This document shows, one piece after another, positions 40,284-49,820 of a stretch of 64,000 nt of DNA (within the stretch, counting starts at the first letter, position 1; every line of letters starts with the position of its first letter). Below the pieces are notes generated by a model, which worked only from the letters and a program-made list of their open reading frames with translations, ran no database searches and was not told the origin of the DNA. The stretch comes from an uncultured Alphaproteobacteria bacterium. GTDB taxonomy: Bacteria > Pseudomonadota > Alphaproteobacteria > Sphingomonadales > Sphingomonadaceae. The stretch spans positions 8,893 to 72,892 of the forward strand of contig CAWEQI010000005.1 in assembly GCA_963811255.1 (NCBI GenBank), given 5' to 3'. Both the position numbers and the translations under genes were made by a program.

Positions 40284-41484
40284 TTAGCGCTCCGCCGGGC
40301 TCGTCGTCTCGAGCCCCTTGGTGAACATCAGCCGCTCGAGCCGGTAGTCGGGATCGCGCACCATCCGGCGCATGCCCTCGAGCGCCGCTTCCAGTCGTTC
40401 GCCGCCGCCGCAGGCGTGGAACACGAAATCCTTGTAGGCGCAGGCCTGCGGGCTGGTCTTGTCGAGGAAGATCTGCCGCCGCTCGTCGGCCCACACGTCG
40501 AGCAGCGCGGGATCGGCGCCTTCGAGGATGACCGCAGCGAGCGTCGGCCACAGCGAAAAGGCGTCGAACAGCCCGGTGGTGAGGCCGAAGCCGCCGGTCG
40601 GATTGGTCACGTGCGCCGCGTCGCCGGCCAGCACCACGCGGCCGACGCGGAAGCGGGAGGCGCAGCGCTGGTGCATCTTGTAAGGCGCGGACTGGACCAG
40701 CTCGTAGCCGCCCGTCCCCGGCAGCAGGTGCGCGGTACGCGTCGGGGATGCGCTCGACGTAGCTTGCCTCGGGCAGCGCCATGTCTTCCATGAAGGTGCA
40801 GCGCCACAGCCCGTCACTGGTGATCTTGACGATCACCGCGCCCCATTCGTCGTCGACCACCAGCGTCGATTGCAGGTACCCGCCGCTCTCGAAATCGTGG
40901 CGCAGGTTGGTGGCGACGAAGCGTTCGGGCCAGGTCATGCCGTCGAACGAGAGGCCGAGCGCCTTCCTCACCGCGCTGCCGGCGCCGTCCGCGCCGACGA
41001 CATAGCGGGCGCGCAGCTCGATCGGTCCATCAGCAGTGTCGGCCTGAACGGTGACGCCGTCGGCATCCTGCGACAGCCCCGTGAAGGCCGTCTGCCAATG
41101 GATTTCGGCATTGGGCATCGCCTCCAGCCGCCGCTGGCAGATCTCCGCCAGCCGGTCCTGCCCGAGCTGGATGTTGTAATTGAAGCGGGTGATCCGCTCG
41201 AGCACTTTGAGGTCGTAAGGCAGGCGCTCGCCGGTCTTCTTCACGAACCACAGGTAGTCGTCCTTGGTGTAGCCGATCCGCTCGGCTTCCTCGCGGATGC
41301 CGAGCCGTTCGAGCCCGTCGAGCATCGACCAGTGATAGACGCAGGCGCGCGGGGAATCGTTGATCCCCGCCTCCGCCTCGATCAGGCACACCTCGACCCC
41401 GGCCTGCGCCAGGCCGAGCGCGGTCACGAACCCGGTCGGGCCACCGCCGACGACGATCACGTCATGCATTGCGCCGGCCACCAT
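40284..41484 (-). pseudogene. FAD-dependent monooxygenase (aromatic hydroxylase-like), one frameshift
   Basis: DVIVVGGGPTG and GADGAGSAVR lie in one frame; LAGDAAHVTNPTGGFG lies in another. Junction near 40740 in a CGCGC run. Start ambiguous (TTG 41508, ATG 41484 or 41469). Confidence 0.8.
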
Positions 41485-41591
41485 GGCGCAATCAATTGAC
41501 TCGTGCAAAGTCCCTTTCGCGGTCCGCCGCTCTCCCCTAGCAGTAACGGACGTTAGAGTCGCAACGGCTCGGCGAGAGAAGGGAGAGCGAC

Positions 41592-42821
41592 TTGGCCCTG
41601 GCCGAATTCAACGAGACGATTTCCGCCCGCGGCGGCGAGTACCCGCTGCGCGGCCGCTACGACGAGCGCTTCCGCTCGGTTGCCGAGGCGTTCATCGAGA
41701 ACTTCCGCCTCGAGGAGGAACTGGGTTCCGCCACCTCGGTGGTGATCGCCGGCGAGACGGTCGTCGATCTGTGGGGCGGCTGGGCGCGCGCCGACCGCAC
41801 CCAGGACTGGGACGAGCACACCACGGTGTGCATGATGAGCGTCGCCAAGGGGGTGACCGGCATCTGTTTCAACATGCTGATCGACCGCGGCCTTGTCGAT
41901 CCCGACGAACGGATCGCGCACTACTGGCCCGAGTTCGCCCAGAACGGCAAAGAAGACATCACCGTGCGCATGGTGCTCGACCATACCGCGGCGATTCCCG
42001 TGCTGACCGACGACACGATGTGGCCCGGCGGGTTCTATGACTATCCGGCCTACATCAAGGCGCTCGAAGCGCAGCACCCGCTGTGGCAGCCGGGCACCCG
42101 CGCCGCCTACCACGTGCACAACCAGGGCTTCCTGCTCGGCGAAATCATGCGCCGGGTGACCGGGATGACGGTCGGGCCGTTCCTCAAGGCCAACGTCACC
42201 GAGCCGCTGCACGCCGAATACTACATCGGCGGGATGGACGAGCAGCAGCAGGCGCATGTCGCCGAAGTGCTACCCAACACCGGCGCGCGGCTGTTCGCCG
42301 CCAAGGACCAGAGCATTCCGCCCAAGCCGACGACGCCCGAAGGCTGGCAGGACGGTGCGGTGCTCAGGAGCTTCGCGTTCCTGCAGAACCCCAACGAGCC
42401 GTGGTACGACACGATGAACGCGCCGAGCTGGCGCGAGGTCGAGATCGCCAGCGGATCGGGCCACGGCAACGCCCGCGGCGTTGCGCGCATTTACGGCGCG
42501 ACGGTGGGCACGGTCGACGGCATCACTCTGCTGTCGCACGAGCGGCTGGAGGCGATGATCACCGAGCAGCACAACCAGATGGAACTGCTGCAGGACCGCC
42601 CCTATCACCAGGCGATGGGCGTGCTGCTCAACACCCCCGAGGCGGTCTACATGGGACCGAACATGAGGAGCTTCGGCCACCACGGCCTCGGCGGCTCGAT
42701 CGGCTTCGGCGATCCCGATGCGAAGCTCGGTTTCTCATACTGCTGCAACCAGATGCACGCGGTCGGCACCAACGGCCCGCGTGCGCGACGGCTGATCGAT
42801 GCGGTTTACTCCGCGCTCTGA
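41592..42821 (+). CDS. serine hydrolase (beta-lactamase / esterase family)
   Basis: SxxK motif MSVAKGV. TTG start after GGGAGAG. 409 aa. Confidence 0.85.
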   Translation: MALAEFNETISARGGEYPLRGRYDERFRSVAEAFIENFRLEEELGSATSVVIAGETVVDLWGGWARADRTQDWDEHTTVCMMSVAKGVTGICFNMLIDRGLVDPDERIAHYWPEFAQNGKEDITVRMVLDHTAAIPVLTDDTMWPGGFYDYPAYIKALEAQHPLWQPGTRAAYHVHNQGFLLGEIMRRVTGMTVGPFLKANVTEPLHAEYYIGGMDEQQQAHVAEVLPNTGARLFAAKDQSIPPKPTTPEGWQDGAVLRSFAFLQNPNEPWYDTMNAPSWREVEIASGSGHGNARGVARIYGATVGTVDGITLLSHERLEAMITEQHNQMELLQDRPYHQAMGVLLNTPEAVYMGPNMRSFGHHGLGGSIGFGDPDAKLGFSYCCNQMHAVGTNGPRARRLIDAVYSAL

Positions 42822-42832
42822 AGGGAATTCGA

Positions 42833-43231
42833 ATGGACAAGGACCTCTACGACAAGGGCATGAAAATCCGGCGCGAGGTGCTCGGCGACGCCTATGTCGA
42901 CCGCGCGCTGGCGAAATCGAACGCGTTCAACGATCCCTTGCAGGAACTGGTGACGACCTATTGCTGGGGCTGGAACTGGGGCCGTGAGGGCCTGCCGCGG
43001 CGCGACCGCAGCCTGATCAACCTGGCGATGATCGCGGTGCTCAACCGCCACAACGAATTGAAGGTCCACGTCCGTGGCGCGCTCAACAACGGGCTGACGC
43101 GCGACGAAATCCGCGAAGTCCTGCTGCAGGTCGGCATCTACGGCGGCATCCCGGCGGCGGTCGACAGCTTCCGCATCGCCAACGAAGCCTTCGCCGAGAT
43201 CGACCACGAGGCGCAGGAGAAGCTCGACTGA
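42833..43231 (+). CDS. carboxymuconolactone decarboxylase family protein
   Basis: CWGWNWGREGL...RSLINLAM...ELKVHVRGALNNG...EVLLQVGIYGGIPAA matches the PcaC/CMD family. Confidence 0.85.
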   Translation: MDKDLYDKGMKIRREVLGDAYVDRALAKSNAFNDPLQELVTTYCWGWNWGREGLPRRDRSLINLAMIAVLNRHNELKVHVRGALNNGLTRDEIREVLLQVGIYGGIPAAVDSFRIANEAFAEIDHEAQEKLD

Positions 43232-43707
43232 TGGACGACCTCGCCCGCCTATTGATCGAGCGCGAATGCGGCCGCCTGCCGCTGCTGTTCGCGCGCTACG
43301 CCGACAACGGCGACCACGCCAGCCTGGCGCAGCTGTTCACCGAGGATTGCGAGTTCGCTCGCCCGTTCCAGCCCGACCACCCGTTCTACGGCCGCGACCG
43401 CGTTCAGACGATCTTCCGCGACCGCCCGCCGATCCTCGTGCGCCACATCGTCACCAACGTGCTGGTCGAAGTCGTCAGCGAGACCGAGGCGCGGGGGACG
43501 AATTACCTGGCGATGCTCTCGTGCCACAGCTCGACCGAGCCACCGCAGCCTGCCGGCGGGCTCTACGTCGGCGGGTTCGAGGATCATTACGTGCTCACGC
43601 CCGGCGGGTGGCGGTTCAAGAGCCGTTATGGTCATGTGGCGCTGCACCAGGGCGGGGCGATGCCCAACATCCCTGCGCCGAGCGACGAAGCGAGGGGGAT
43701 CAAATGA
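43231..43707 (+). CDS. SnoaL/NTF2-like protein
   Basis: 1-nt overlap with the upstream stop. YADNGDHASLAQLFTEDCEF and HIVTNVLVEV blocks typical of SnoaL_4-like proteins. Confidence 0.7.
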   Translation: MDDLARLLIERECGRLPLLFARYADNGDHASLAQLFTEDCEFARPFQPDHPFYGRDRVQTIFRDRPPILVRHIVTNVLVEVVSETEARGTNYLAMLSCHSSTEPPQPAGGLYVGGFEDHYVLTPGGWRFKSRYGHVALHQGGAMPNIPAPSDEARGIK

Positions 43708-44117
43708 GCGTCGAAGCGAAAAACGCCAACGAGCAGTTGGTGCTCGATTTCTTCGAGGTGCTGTCCTCGGGCGACCTTGAGAAGCTGCGCGCCTTCTATC
43801 ACGACAAGTCGACCTGGGAGCCCAAGGTCAAGGGCATCGCCGGAGCCGGCAAGCACGTCGGGATGGACATCATCGACAAGTTCCTCGCTCCGGTGCGCGG
43901 GATGTTCGAACCGGGCGATCCCAAGGTCCACGTGCAGAACATGTTCAGCGCCGGGCCGATGGTCTGTGTCGAAAGCTACTCGACCGGCAAGACGCTCGAC
44001 GGATTGGTGTACGAGAACGACTATTGCTGGGTGTTCGAAGTATCGAACGGCAAGATCGACGCCATGCGCGAGTACATGGACAGCCATTACACCGCCAAGC
44101 TGTTCGGAATGGACTGA
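43704..44117 (+). CDS. SnoaL/NTF2-like protein (ketosteroid isomerase-like)
   Basis: ATGA overlap. LVLDFFEVLSSGDLEKLRAFY...YCWVFEVSNGKIDAMREY. Confidence 0.7.
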   Translation: MSVEAKNANEQLVLDFFEVLSSGDLEKLRAFYHDKSTWEPKVKGIAGAGKHVGMDIIDKFLAPVRGMFEPGDPKVHVQNMFSAGPMVCVESYSTGKTLDGLVYENDYCWVFEVSNGKIDAMREYMDSHYTAKLFGMD

Positions 44118-44869
44118 TGGCGCGGTTCGACGGCAGGCCGATCCTGATCTCCGGCGCCGGGCGCGGACTCGGCGAGGGGATTGCGCGGCAGCTCGCGGCC
44201 GAAGGCGCGATCGTCGGCGTGGCCGACATCAACGGCGAGACCGCCCATGCCGTGACCCGGTCGATCAACGACGCCGGCGGCCGGGCGCATGCCTATGAGG
44301 CCGACCTTGGCCGCCGCGACGCTTTCTTCCACGTCGCCAAGGAGTTCGCGCGCGATGCCGGGCCGCTGCGGGCGGTGGTCAACAACGCCAGCGTACTGGT
44401 CTACGAGCCGATCGAGCAGGTGACCGAGGAAACGCTCGACCGGATGCTGTCGGCGGGGCTCAAGAGCGTGTTCTGGGGCGTGCAGGCGTTCCTCGCCCAC
44501 CGCAACGAGAACTCGACCGGCAACATCCTCAATTACAGCTCGCCGGTCGCTTATCGCGGGCGACCGAACACCGGGGCTTACACCACGATCAAGGCGGGGA
44601 TCGCCGGGCTGACCAAGGTGTTGGCCGGCGAGCTCGGCCCGCGCGGCGTGCGGGTCAACGCCATCGCCCCCGGCAGCGTGCCGACGCCGGCGACGGAAGG
44701 CTTCGTCACGCCCGAACAGTACGCCGAGCGGGCGAAGCACATCCCGCTGCGGCGCAACGGCACGCCGGAGGACGTCGCCCGGGCGGTGTCCTTCCTGCTG
44801 TCGGACGAGGCGGAATTCATCAACGGAGCGATGCTCGCCGTCGACGGCGGCATCATCGCGGCGGGGTAG
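44117..44869 (+). CDS. SDR-family oxidoreductase
   Basis: 1-nt overlap with the upstream stop. ISGAGRGLG and YTTIKAGI motifs. Confidence 0.9.
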   Translation: MARFDGRPILISGAGRGLGEGIARQLAAEGAIVGVADINGETAHAVTRSINDAGGRAHAYEADLGRRDAFFHVAKEFARDAGPLRAVVNNASVLVYEPIEQVTEETLDRMLSAGLKSVFWGVQAFLAHRNENSTGNILNYSSPVAYRGRPNTGAYTTIKAGIAGLTKVLAGELGPRGVRVNAIAPGSVPTPATEGFVTPEQYAERAKHIPLRRNGTPEDVARAVSFLLSDEAEFINGAMLAVDGGIIAAG

Positions 44870-44894
44870 AAGGATGAAGCGATGCTTCACTGCA

Positions 44895-44984
44895 CCGTTC
44901 GCCCTGAGCCTGTCGAAGGGCAGCTCTTCCTCGGGGCGCGGGGCGGAAGAAAAAGCGGTCCTTCGACAAGCTCAGGACGAACGG
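44895..44984. repeat. REP-like inverted repeat inside the operon
   Basis: Arms CCGTTCGCCCTGAGCCTGTCGAAGG (44895-44919) and CCTTCGACAAGCTCAGGACGAACGG (44960-44984), 23 of 25 complementary. This sequence type is common in alphaproteobacterial intergenic DNA. Confidence 0.7.
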
Positions 44985-44991
44985 AGTTAAC

Positions 44992-46137
44992 ATGGCGAAG
45001 GTGTGGCAGGAGCGGCTCGACCGGCTGAAGACGGTGATCGAGGAGGACGTCGCCCGCGGCGACTATTATGGCATGGTGCTGCAGGTCGGGCGCGGCGGGG
45101 AGGTCGTGTTCGAGGAAGCGATCGGCGCGGCCGACGGCGAAGGCCACCGGCCGCTCAAGATCGACGACGTGTTCTCGATCTTCTCGGTGACCAAGGCGTT
45201 CACCAACGTGCTGGTGCTGAAGGCGATCGAGGAAGGCCGGTTCGCGCTGACCACCAAGGTCAGCGACATGCTGCCCGAGTTCACCGGCGCTCCGCGCGAC
45301 CAGGCGACCTATTATCACCTGCTGACCCACACCTCCGGCATGCCGGGCGTGTGGACGCCGAAGCCCGGCATGTTTCTCGACCGGCTCGACGACCTTTACG
45401 AGGCGGTCTGCCAGAACGTCCACGGCGACGTTCCGCCGGGCGAGCGGTGCGATTATTCGCCGCTGGTCAACCACGTGCTGATGGGGATGACACTGGTGCG
45501 GCACGACCCGAAAGGGCGCGATTACCGCACGATCCTGCACGAGGACCTGTTCGCGCCGCTCGGCATGGACTCGACCGCGATGGGCTTGCGCGAGGACCTG
45601 CGGCCGCGCCACGTCAAGCCCGACATGCGCGACGCGGTGCCGATCAAGCACCTCAGCCGCGACATGGAAGGCGACCACGCGCTGTTCGAATCCCCGCTGA
45701 CCGAAAGCCCGCATGTCGGCTGCGCCAGCACCACCGGCGACCTCTACCGCTTCTGCGAGATGCTGCGCCGTGGCGGCGAACTCGACGGGGTGCGCATCCT
45801 CTCGCCACGGATGCTCAGGCTCGCGCGGCAGAACCAGACCGGCGAGATGCCCAACGAGCTCTACAAGGCCGCGCACTTGCGCGCCGGCTGGGAAGTGGCG
45901 CCGGCCTACATCGGTCTCGGCTTCAGTCTGCGCGGCACGGCAATCTGCCACCACCAGTTCGGCACCCTGACCACGCCCGAGACCTTCGGCAATTACGGCG
46001 CCGGCTCGACCCTGATCTGGGTCGATCCCGAGCTCGACGTCAGCTTCGCCGCGTGCAGCGCCGGGGTGATGAAGAACACCGCCAATATCGAGCGCTTCCA
46101 GAAGCTGGGCGACCTCGTCGTCTCGGCGATGGTGTGA
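44992..46137 (+). CDS. serine hydrolase (beta-lactamase family)
   Basis: SxxK motif FSVTKAF. 381 aa. Confidence 0.85.
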   Translation: MAKVWQERLDRLKTVIEEDVARGDYYGMVLQVGRGGEVVFEEAIGAADGEGHRPLKIDDVFSIFSVTKAFTNVLVLKAIEEGRFALTTKVSDMLPEFTGAPRDQATYYHLLTHTSGMPGVWTPKPGMFLDRLDDLYEAVCQNVHGDVPPGERCDYSPLVNHVLMGMTLVRHDPKGRDYRTILHEDLFAPLGMDSTAMGLREDLRPRHVKPDMRDAVPIKHLSRDMEGDHALFESPLTESPHVGCASTTGDLYRFCEMLRRGGELDGVRILSPRMLRLARQNQTGEMPNELYKAAHLRAGWEVAPAYIGLGFSLRGTAICHHQFGTLTTPETFGNYGAGSTLIWVDPELDVSFAACSAGVMKNTANIERFQKLGDLVVSAMV

Positions 46138-46139
46138 GC

Positions 46140-47702
46140 ATGGCCGACGCCGAAATTCTGGTCATCGGCTCGGGCCATAACGGGCTCGTCGCCGCGGCCT
46201 ATCTCGCGGTGGCGGGGAAACGCGTGCTGGTGCTCGAGCGCAATCCCTGGTTCGGCGGCGGAGTCGTCACCCGCGAGCTGACCCGGCCAGGCTTCAAGCA
46301 CGACCAGCATTCGATGAGCCACATCTTCATCCAGGGCAATCCGTTGCTCCTGAACGACGATCTCGGGCTCAAGCGCAAGTACGGCCTTCAGTACGTCTTC
46401 CCCGAGGTGCCGATGATGAGCGTGTGGGAGGACGGAACCAGGCTGCCGCTGCATCGCGACCCTGCAAGGTCTGCCGAAGCGATCCGCAAGTTCTCTGCAA
46501 GAGATGCCGAGACCTTCCTCGCCATGAGCCGCCAGGCGGCCGAGTGGCTGCCGATGATCCAGGCCGGGCTCTATTCGCCGCCGATGCCCCTCGGCGCGCA
46601 GACCGCGATGATGGACCAGTCGTCCGAGGGCCAGGAGATCATGCGCACGATGGGCATGAGCACCTTCGACCTGATGGAAGAGCTGTTCGAGCACGACAAG
46701 GTCAAGGCCCACTTCGGCCGGGTCGCGGGCGAGAACCTGGTCAGCCCGGACGAGAAGGCGACCGGGATCGGCGCTTACGTGTTCCTCGGCTTCCTCGAGA
46801 AGTTCGGCTTCGGCGTGCCGGTCGGCGGCTCGGGCAGCCTGACCGACACGTTGATCGCCTGCATCGAGGACCACGGCGGCGCGGTGCGGGCCAATTGCAC
46901 CGTGCGCGAGGTCGAGACCGACGGCAGTCGCGCCACCGGCGTGGTACTCGACAGCGGCGAGCGCCTCAGCTGCGCCGACGGCGTGATCGGCGCGATCCAC
47001 CCGCACCACCTGCCCGAGATGGTCCCGGCGGTGCCGCCGGTGGTGGCGGCGCATGCCAGGCGCACGCACATCACGCCAGCCGCGTGCTTCACCGTCCACG
47101 CCGCGCTCGACGCACCGCTCAGGTTCAAGGCCGGCGATCTATCGGCGGTGATGTACGAGCTGATGCCCGCCGAGTACGAGGACATGCGCCGGGCGTTCGA
47201 CGAGCTGCGCTACGGCGAGATGAGCCCCACGCCGCTGGTCGGCGTCGGCCAGTTGACCCAGCACGACCCGAGCCGTGCGCCCGAAGGCAAGGCGATCTTC
47301 CACGCGTGGGACTACGTGCCGTACGAGCGGCCCGACGGGCGCAGCTGGGACGAGGCGAAGGGCGAGTTCGCCGAAAAGGTGATCGCGCGGATGGGAAACT
47401 ACATCGATAATGTGCCCGACGTGATCCTCGACTATCATTGCGACAGCCCGGTGGACATGGAGCGCACCAGCCCGAGCTTCTTCCGCGGCGACCTGCATGG
47501 GATCGCCACCACCACGTACCAGTCGGGCAGCCACCGGCCGACGCCCGAGCTGGGGCAGTACCGCGTGCCGGGAGTCGAGCGGCTCTATCTCGTCGGCCCG
47601 TTCCAGCACCCCGGCGGCGGCGTGTTCGGCGCCGGACGGGCGACGGCGATGGTGGTGGCCGAGGACCTGGGGATCGATTTCGACGGGATTCGGGTGGGGT
47701 GA
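46140..47702 (+). CDS. NAD(P)/FAD-dependent oxidoreductase (phytoene desaturase/CrtI-like)
   Basis: ILVIGSGHNGLVAAAYLA...VLVLERN...GG dinucleotide fold. C-terminal GGGVFGAG. 520 aa. Confidence 0.85.
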   Translation: MADAEILVIGSGHNGLVAAAYLAVAGKRVLVLERNPWFGGGVVTRELTRPGFKHDQHSMSHIFIQGNPLLLNDDLGLKRKYGLQYVFPEVPMMSVWEDGTRLPLHRDPARSAEAIRKFSARDAETFLAMSRQAAEWLPMIQAGLYSPPMPLGAQTAMMDQSSEGQEIMRTMGMSTFDLMEELFEHDKVKAHFGRVAGENLVSPDEKATGIGAYVFLGFLEKFGFGVPVGGSGSLTDTLIACIEDHGGAVRANCTVREVETDGSRATGVVLDSGERLSCADGVIGAIHPHHLPEMVPAVPPVVAAHARRTHITPAACFTVHAALDAPLRFKAGDLSAVMYELMPAEYEDMRRAFDELRYGEMSPTPLVGVGQLTQHDPSRAPEGKAIFHAWDYVPYERPDGRSWDEAKGEFAEKVIARMGNYIDNVPDVILDYHCDSPVDMERTSPSFFRGDLHGIATTTYQSGSHRPTPELGQYRVPGVERLYLVGPFQHPGGGVFGAGRATAMVVAEDLGIDFDGIRVG

Positions 47703-47721
47703 TCCCGCTCTGCTCCTCCCA

Positions 47722-47815
47722 CGTCATCCTGAAATCGTTTCAGGATCCATCGCGCTTCCCGGAGCGCTCGGTGCTGGACCGGAGAATGGACCCGGAAACA
47801 AGTTCGGGGATGACG
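47722..47815. repeat. REP-like inverted repeat
   Basis: Arms CGTCATCCTGAAATCGTTTCAGGATCCAT (47722-47750) and ATGGACCCGGAAACAAGTTCGGGGATGACG (47786-47815), imperfectly complementary, with a central GCGCT/AGCGC hairpin. Confidence 0.65.
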
Positions 47816-47831
47816 ATGCAGGGGTGGTGAA

Positions 47832-48044
47832 GTGAAAATCTACGCCGCCGACAAATCGGAGCTGATGCAGGTCACCAAGGTCGAACGCCACGGCGACGAC
47901 CTGGTGCTCAAGGGCAAGGTGTTCGGCACCATGCCGATGGCCGCCACCCTCACCCCAGAGGAAGCGCGCGCGTTCCGCAAGCTGCTGACGCCGAAGCTTG
48001 CCTGGTTCATCCTCACCCTGCCGTTCCGCAAAGGGAGCAAATGA
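47832..48044 (+). CDS. small hypothetical protein (70 aa)
   Basis: GTG start. Stop overlaps the downstream SDR start (ATGATGA). Coding-like GC3. No family recognised. Confidence 0.5.
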   Translation: MKIYAADKSELMQVTKVERHGDDLVLKGKVFGTMPMAATLTPEEARAFRKLLTPKLAWFILTLPFRKGSK

Positions 48045-48829
48045 TGAAGCGCCATGAAGGCAAGACCATGCTGGTGACCGGCGCCGCTGGGGCGATTGGC
48101 TTCGCCACCTCGCGCATTCTCGCCGAGGAAGGCGCGCGGGTGATGCTGGTCGATATCGCCGAGGACCGGCTGCACGCCCGCACCGACGAGCTGAAGGCCG
48201 CCGGGCGCGACGCCCACGCCTTCGTCGCCGACTGCGCCGACGAGCCTCAGGTGAAAGCCTATGTGAAAGCCGCAATAGAGGCGTTCGGGCACATCGACGG
48301 GTTCTTCAACAACGCCGGCATCAAGGGCACGCTCGCCCCGACGCACGAGTATCCGGTCGAGGAGTTCGACCGCGTACTGCACGTCAACCTGCGCGGCATG
48401 TTCCTCGGCTTGCGCCACGCGCTGCCGCACATGGTCGAGCGCGGCCGGGGCGCGGTGGTCAACACCGCCAGCATCGGCTCCGAGCGCGGGCTCGCCGGCG
48501 CCTGCGCCTACAACGCCGCCAAGCACGGCGCGGTCGGCCTGACCCGCACCGCGGCGAGCGAAGTGGCGCAGAAGGGCGTGCGGGTGAACTGCGTCGAGCC
48601 CGGCGTAATCGAGACCCCGCTGCTGGTCGGCATGCTCGAGCAGATGTTCGACTCCGTCGAGGCGGGCATGGCCAAGCTCGGCGAGGTCGCCACCCTCAAC
48701 CGGGTCGGCCAGCCGGAGGAAGTGGGCCAGGTGGTCAGCTTCCTACTTTCGGACGAAGCGAGCTACGTGAACGGGGCCCGCTGGGAAGTCGACGGCGGCG
48801 CGCTGGCGACGATCCGCAACGACCTGTGA
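48041..48829 (+). CDS. SDR-family oxidoreductase
   Basis: VTGAAGAIG and YNAAKHGAV motifs. Confidence 0.9.
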   Translation: MMKRHEGKTMLVTGAAGAIGFATSRILAEEGARVMLVDIAEDRLHARTDELKAAGRDAHAFVADCADEPQVKAYVKAAIEAFGHIDGFFNNAGIKGTLAPTHEYPVEEFDRVLHVNLRGMFLGLRHALPHMVERGRGAVVNTASIGSERGLAGACAYNAAKHGAVGLTRTAASEVAQKGVRVNCVEPGVIETPLLVGMLEQMFDSVEAGMAKLGEVATLNRVGQPEEVGQVVSFLLSDEASYVNGARWEVDGGALATIRNDL

Positions 48830-48839
48830 GCACGGGTTT

Positions 48840-49763
48840 CTAAGGCTGGGGGGTCCCCGGCCTGATCGGCCATCCGCCCAGGTCCAGCTCCGGCGGGAAC
48901 ACCCGCATGAAGGCCTGCACCATGTGGATCTGCCCGCCGTACACCTTGAACATTTCCCAGGCGGTGAGTCTGTCAGAGCCGGGGCCGCGGACGTTCCACG
49001 ACAGCCGCATGATGACGATTCCCGTGCGCTCGTCGACCACGATGTCGCGGACGGTGACCTTGCCGAGGCGTTCGAAGATAGCCAGCGACTGCTTGCCGAT
49101 GTCCTCGCAGCCGGGGGCGAAGGTGCATCCGGGCCCCGCCATCAGCGCGCCGTTCTCCAGACGATAGGCGTCCTGGGCGAAAGGCGTGCCGATCGCGTCG
49201 AAGGTCTTGGCGTTGCTCAGGCCCCGTGGGTAGTACATCGCAATCCGGATGGCCTGCTCGCGGGTGGCGAGCTGGTCGGGCTTGGGGACGATGTTCATCG
49301 CTTCCGGCGGGGCGCCTTTCAGGCCGCTGAGGGCGAAGATCAGCCCATCCGCGCGGCTGCGCGTCGCCACCAGTTCGAGCTCGTCGATCCTCTCCTGATC
49401 GTCGAGCTTGATCCGCACCACCAGGATGATCGGCGCACCCGATTCCTCGACCAACGTGCCGGCGACCGCCTGCTCCGCGCGCGCGTCGAGCACGTCCTGG
49501 CGGTAGCCGCGCAGGCGGGTGACCGAACGCACGAGGCCGACCTTGTCGAGCGGCTTCGCAATCCCGTCCTCCGTCACCCGCAGGCTCGGGGACACCGCGA
49601 GGTGGCTCACGTCGTGATTCTTGAGCGCGTAAAGCACCTCGGTGATCTTGCCGCGCAGGCACTCCCGGTCGCACGCCGGCGCCGCGACCGCCGGGGCCCC
49701 GGCTTGTGCGGCCAACGCGGCGAATGACGTCAGCAGCAGACACAACGCAAGAACGGCCTTCAT
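48840..49763 (-). CDS. exported hypothetical protein, paralog of 49821-50792
   Basis: Signal peptide, then CDRECL. Blocks HD..HLAVSP.LRVTEDG, IDELELV, YRLENG and AWEMFKVYGGQIHMVQAF are shared with the neighbour. Confidence 0.7.
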   Translation of the reverse strand: MKAVLALCLLLTSFAALAAQAGAPAVAAPACDRECLRGKITEVLYALKNHDVSHLAVSPSLRVTEDGIAKPLDKVGLVRSVTRLRGYRQDVLDARAEQAVAGTLVEESGAPIILVVRIKLDDQERIDELELVATRSRADGLIFALSGLKGAPPEAMNIVPKPDQLATREQAIRIAMYYPRGLSNAKTFDAIGTPFAQDAYRLENGALMAGPGCTFAPGCEDIGKQSLAIFERLGKVTVRDIVVDERTGIVIMRLSWNVRGPGSDRLTAWEMFKVYGGQIHMVQAFMRVFPPELDLGGWPIRPGTPQP

Positions 49764-49820
49764 CGACTCTCTCCCTGTTCGTCCCTTCGTCGGATCAGAC
49801 CCTCACCGCGGGATCAATTG

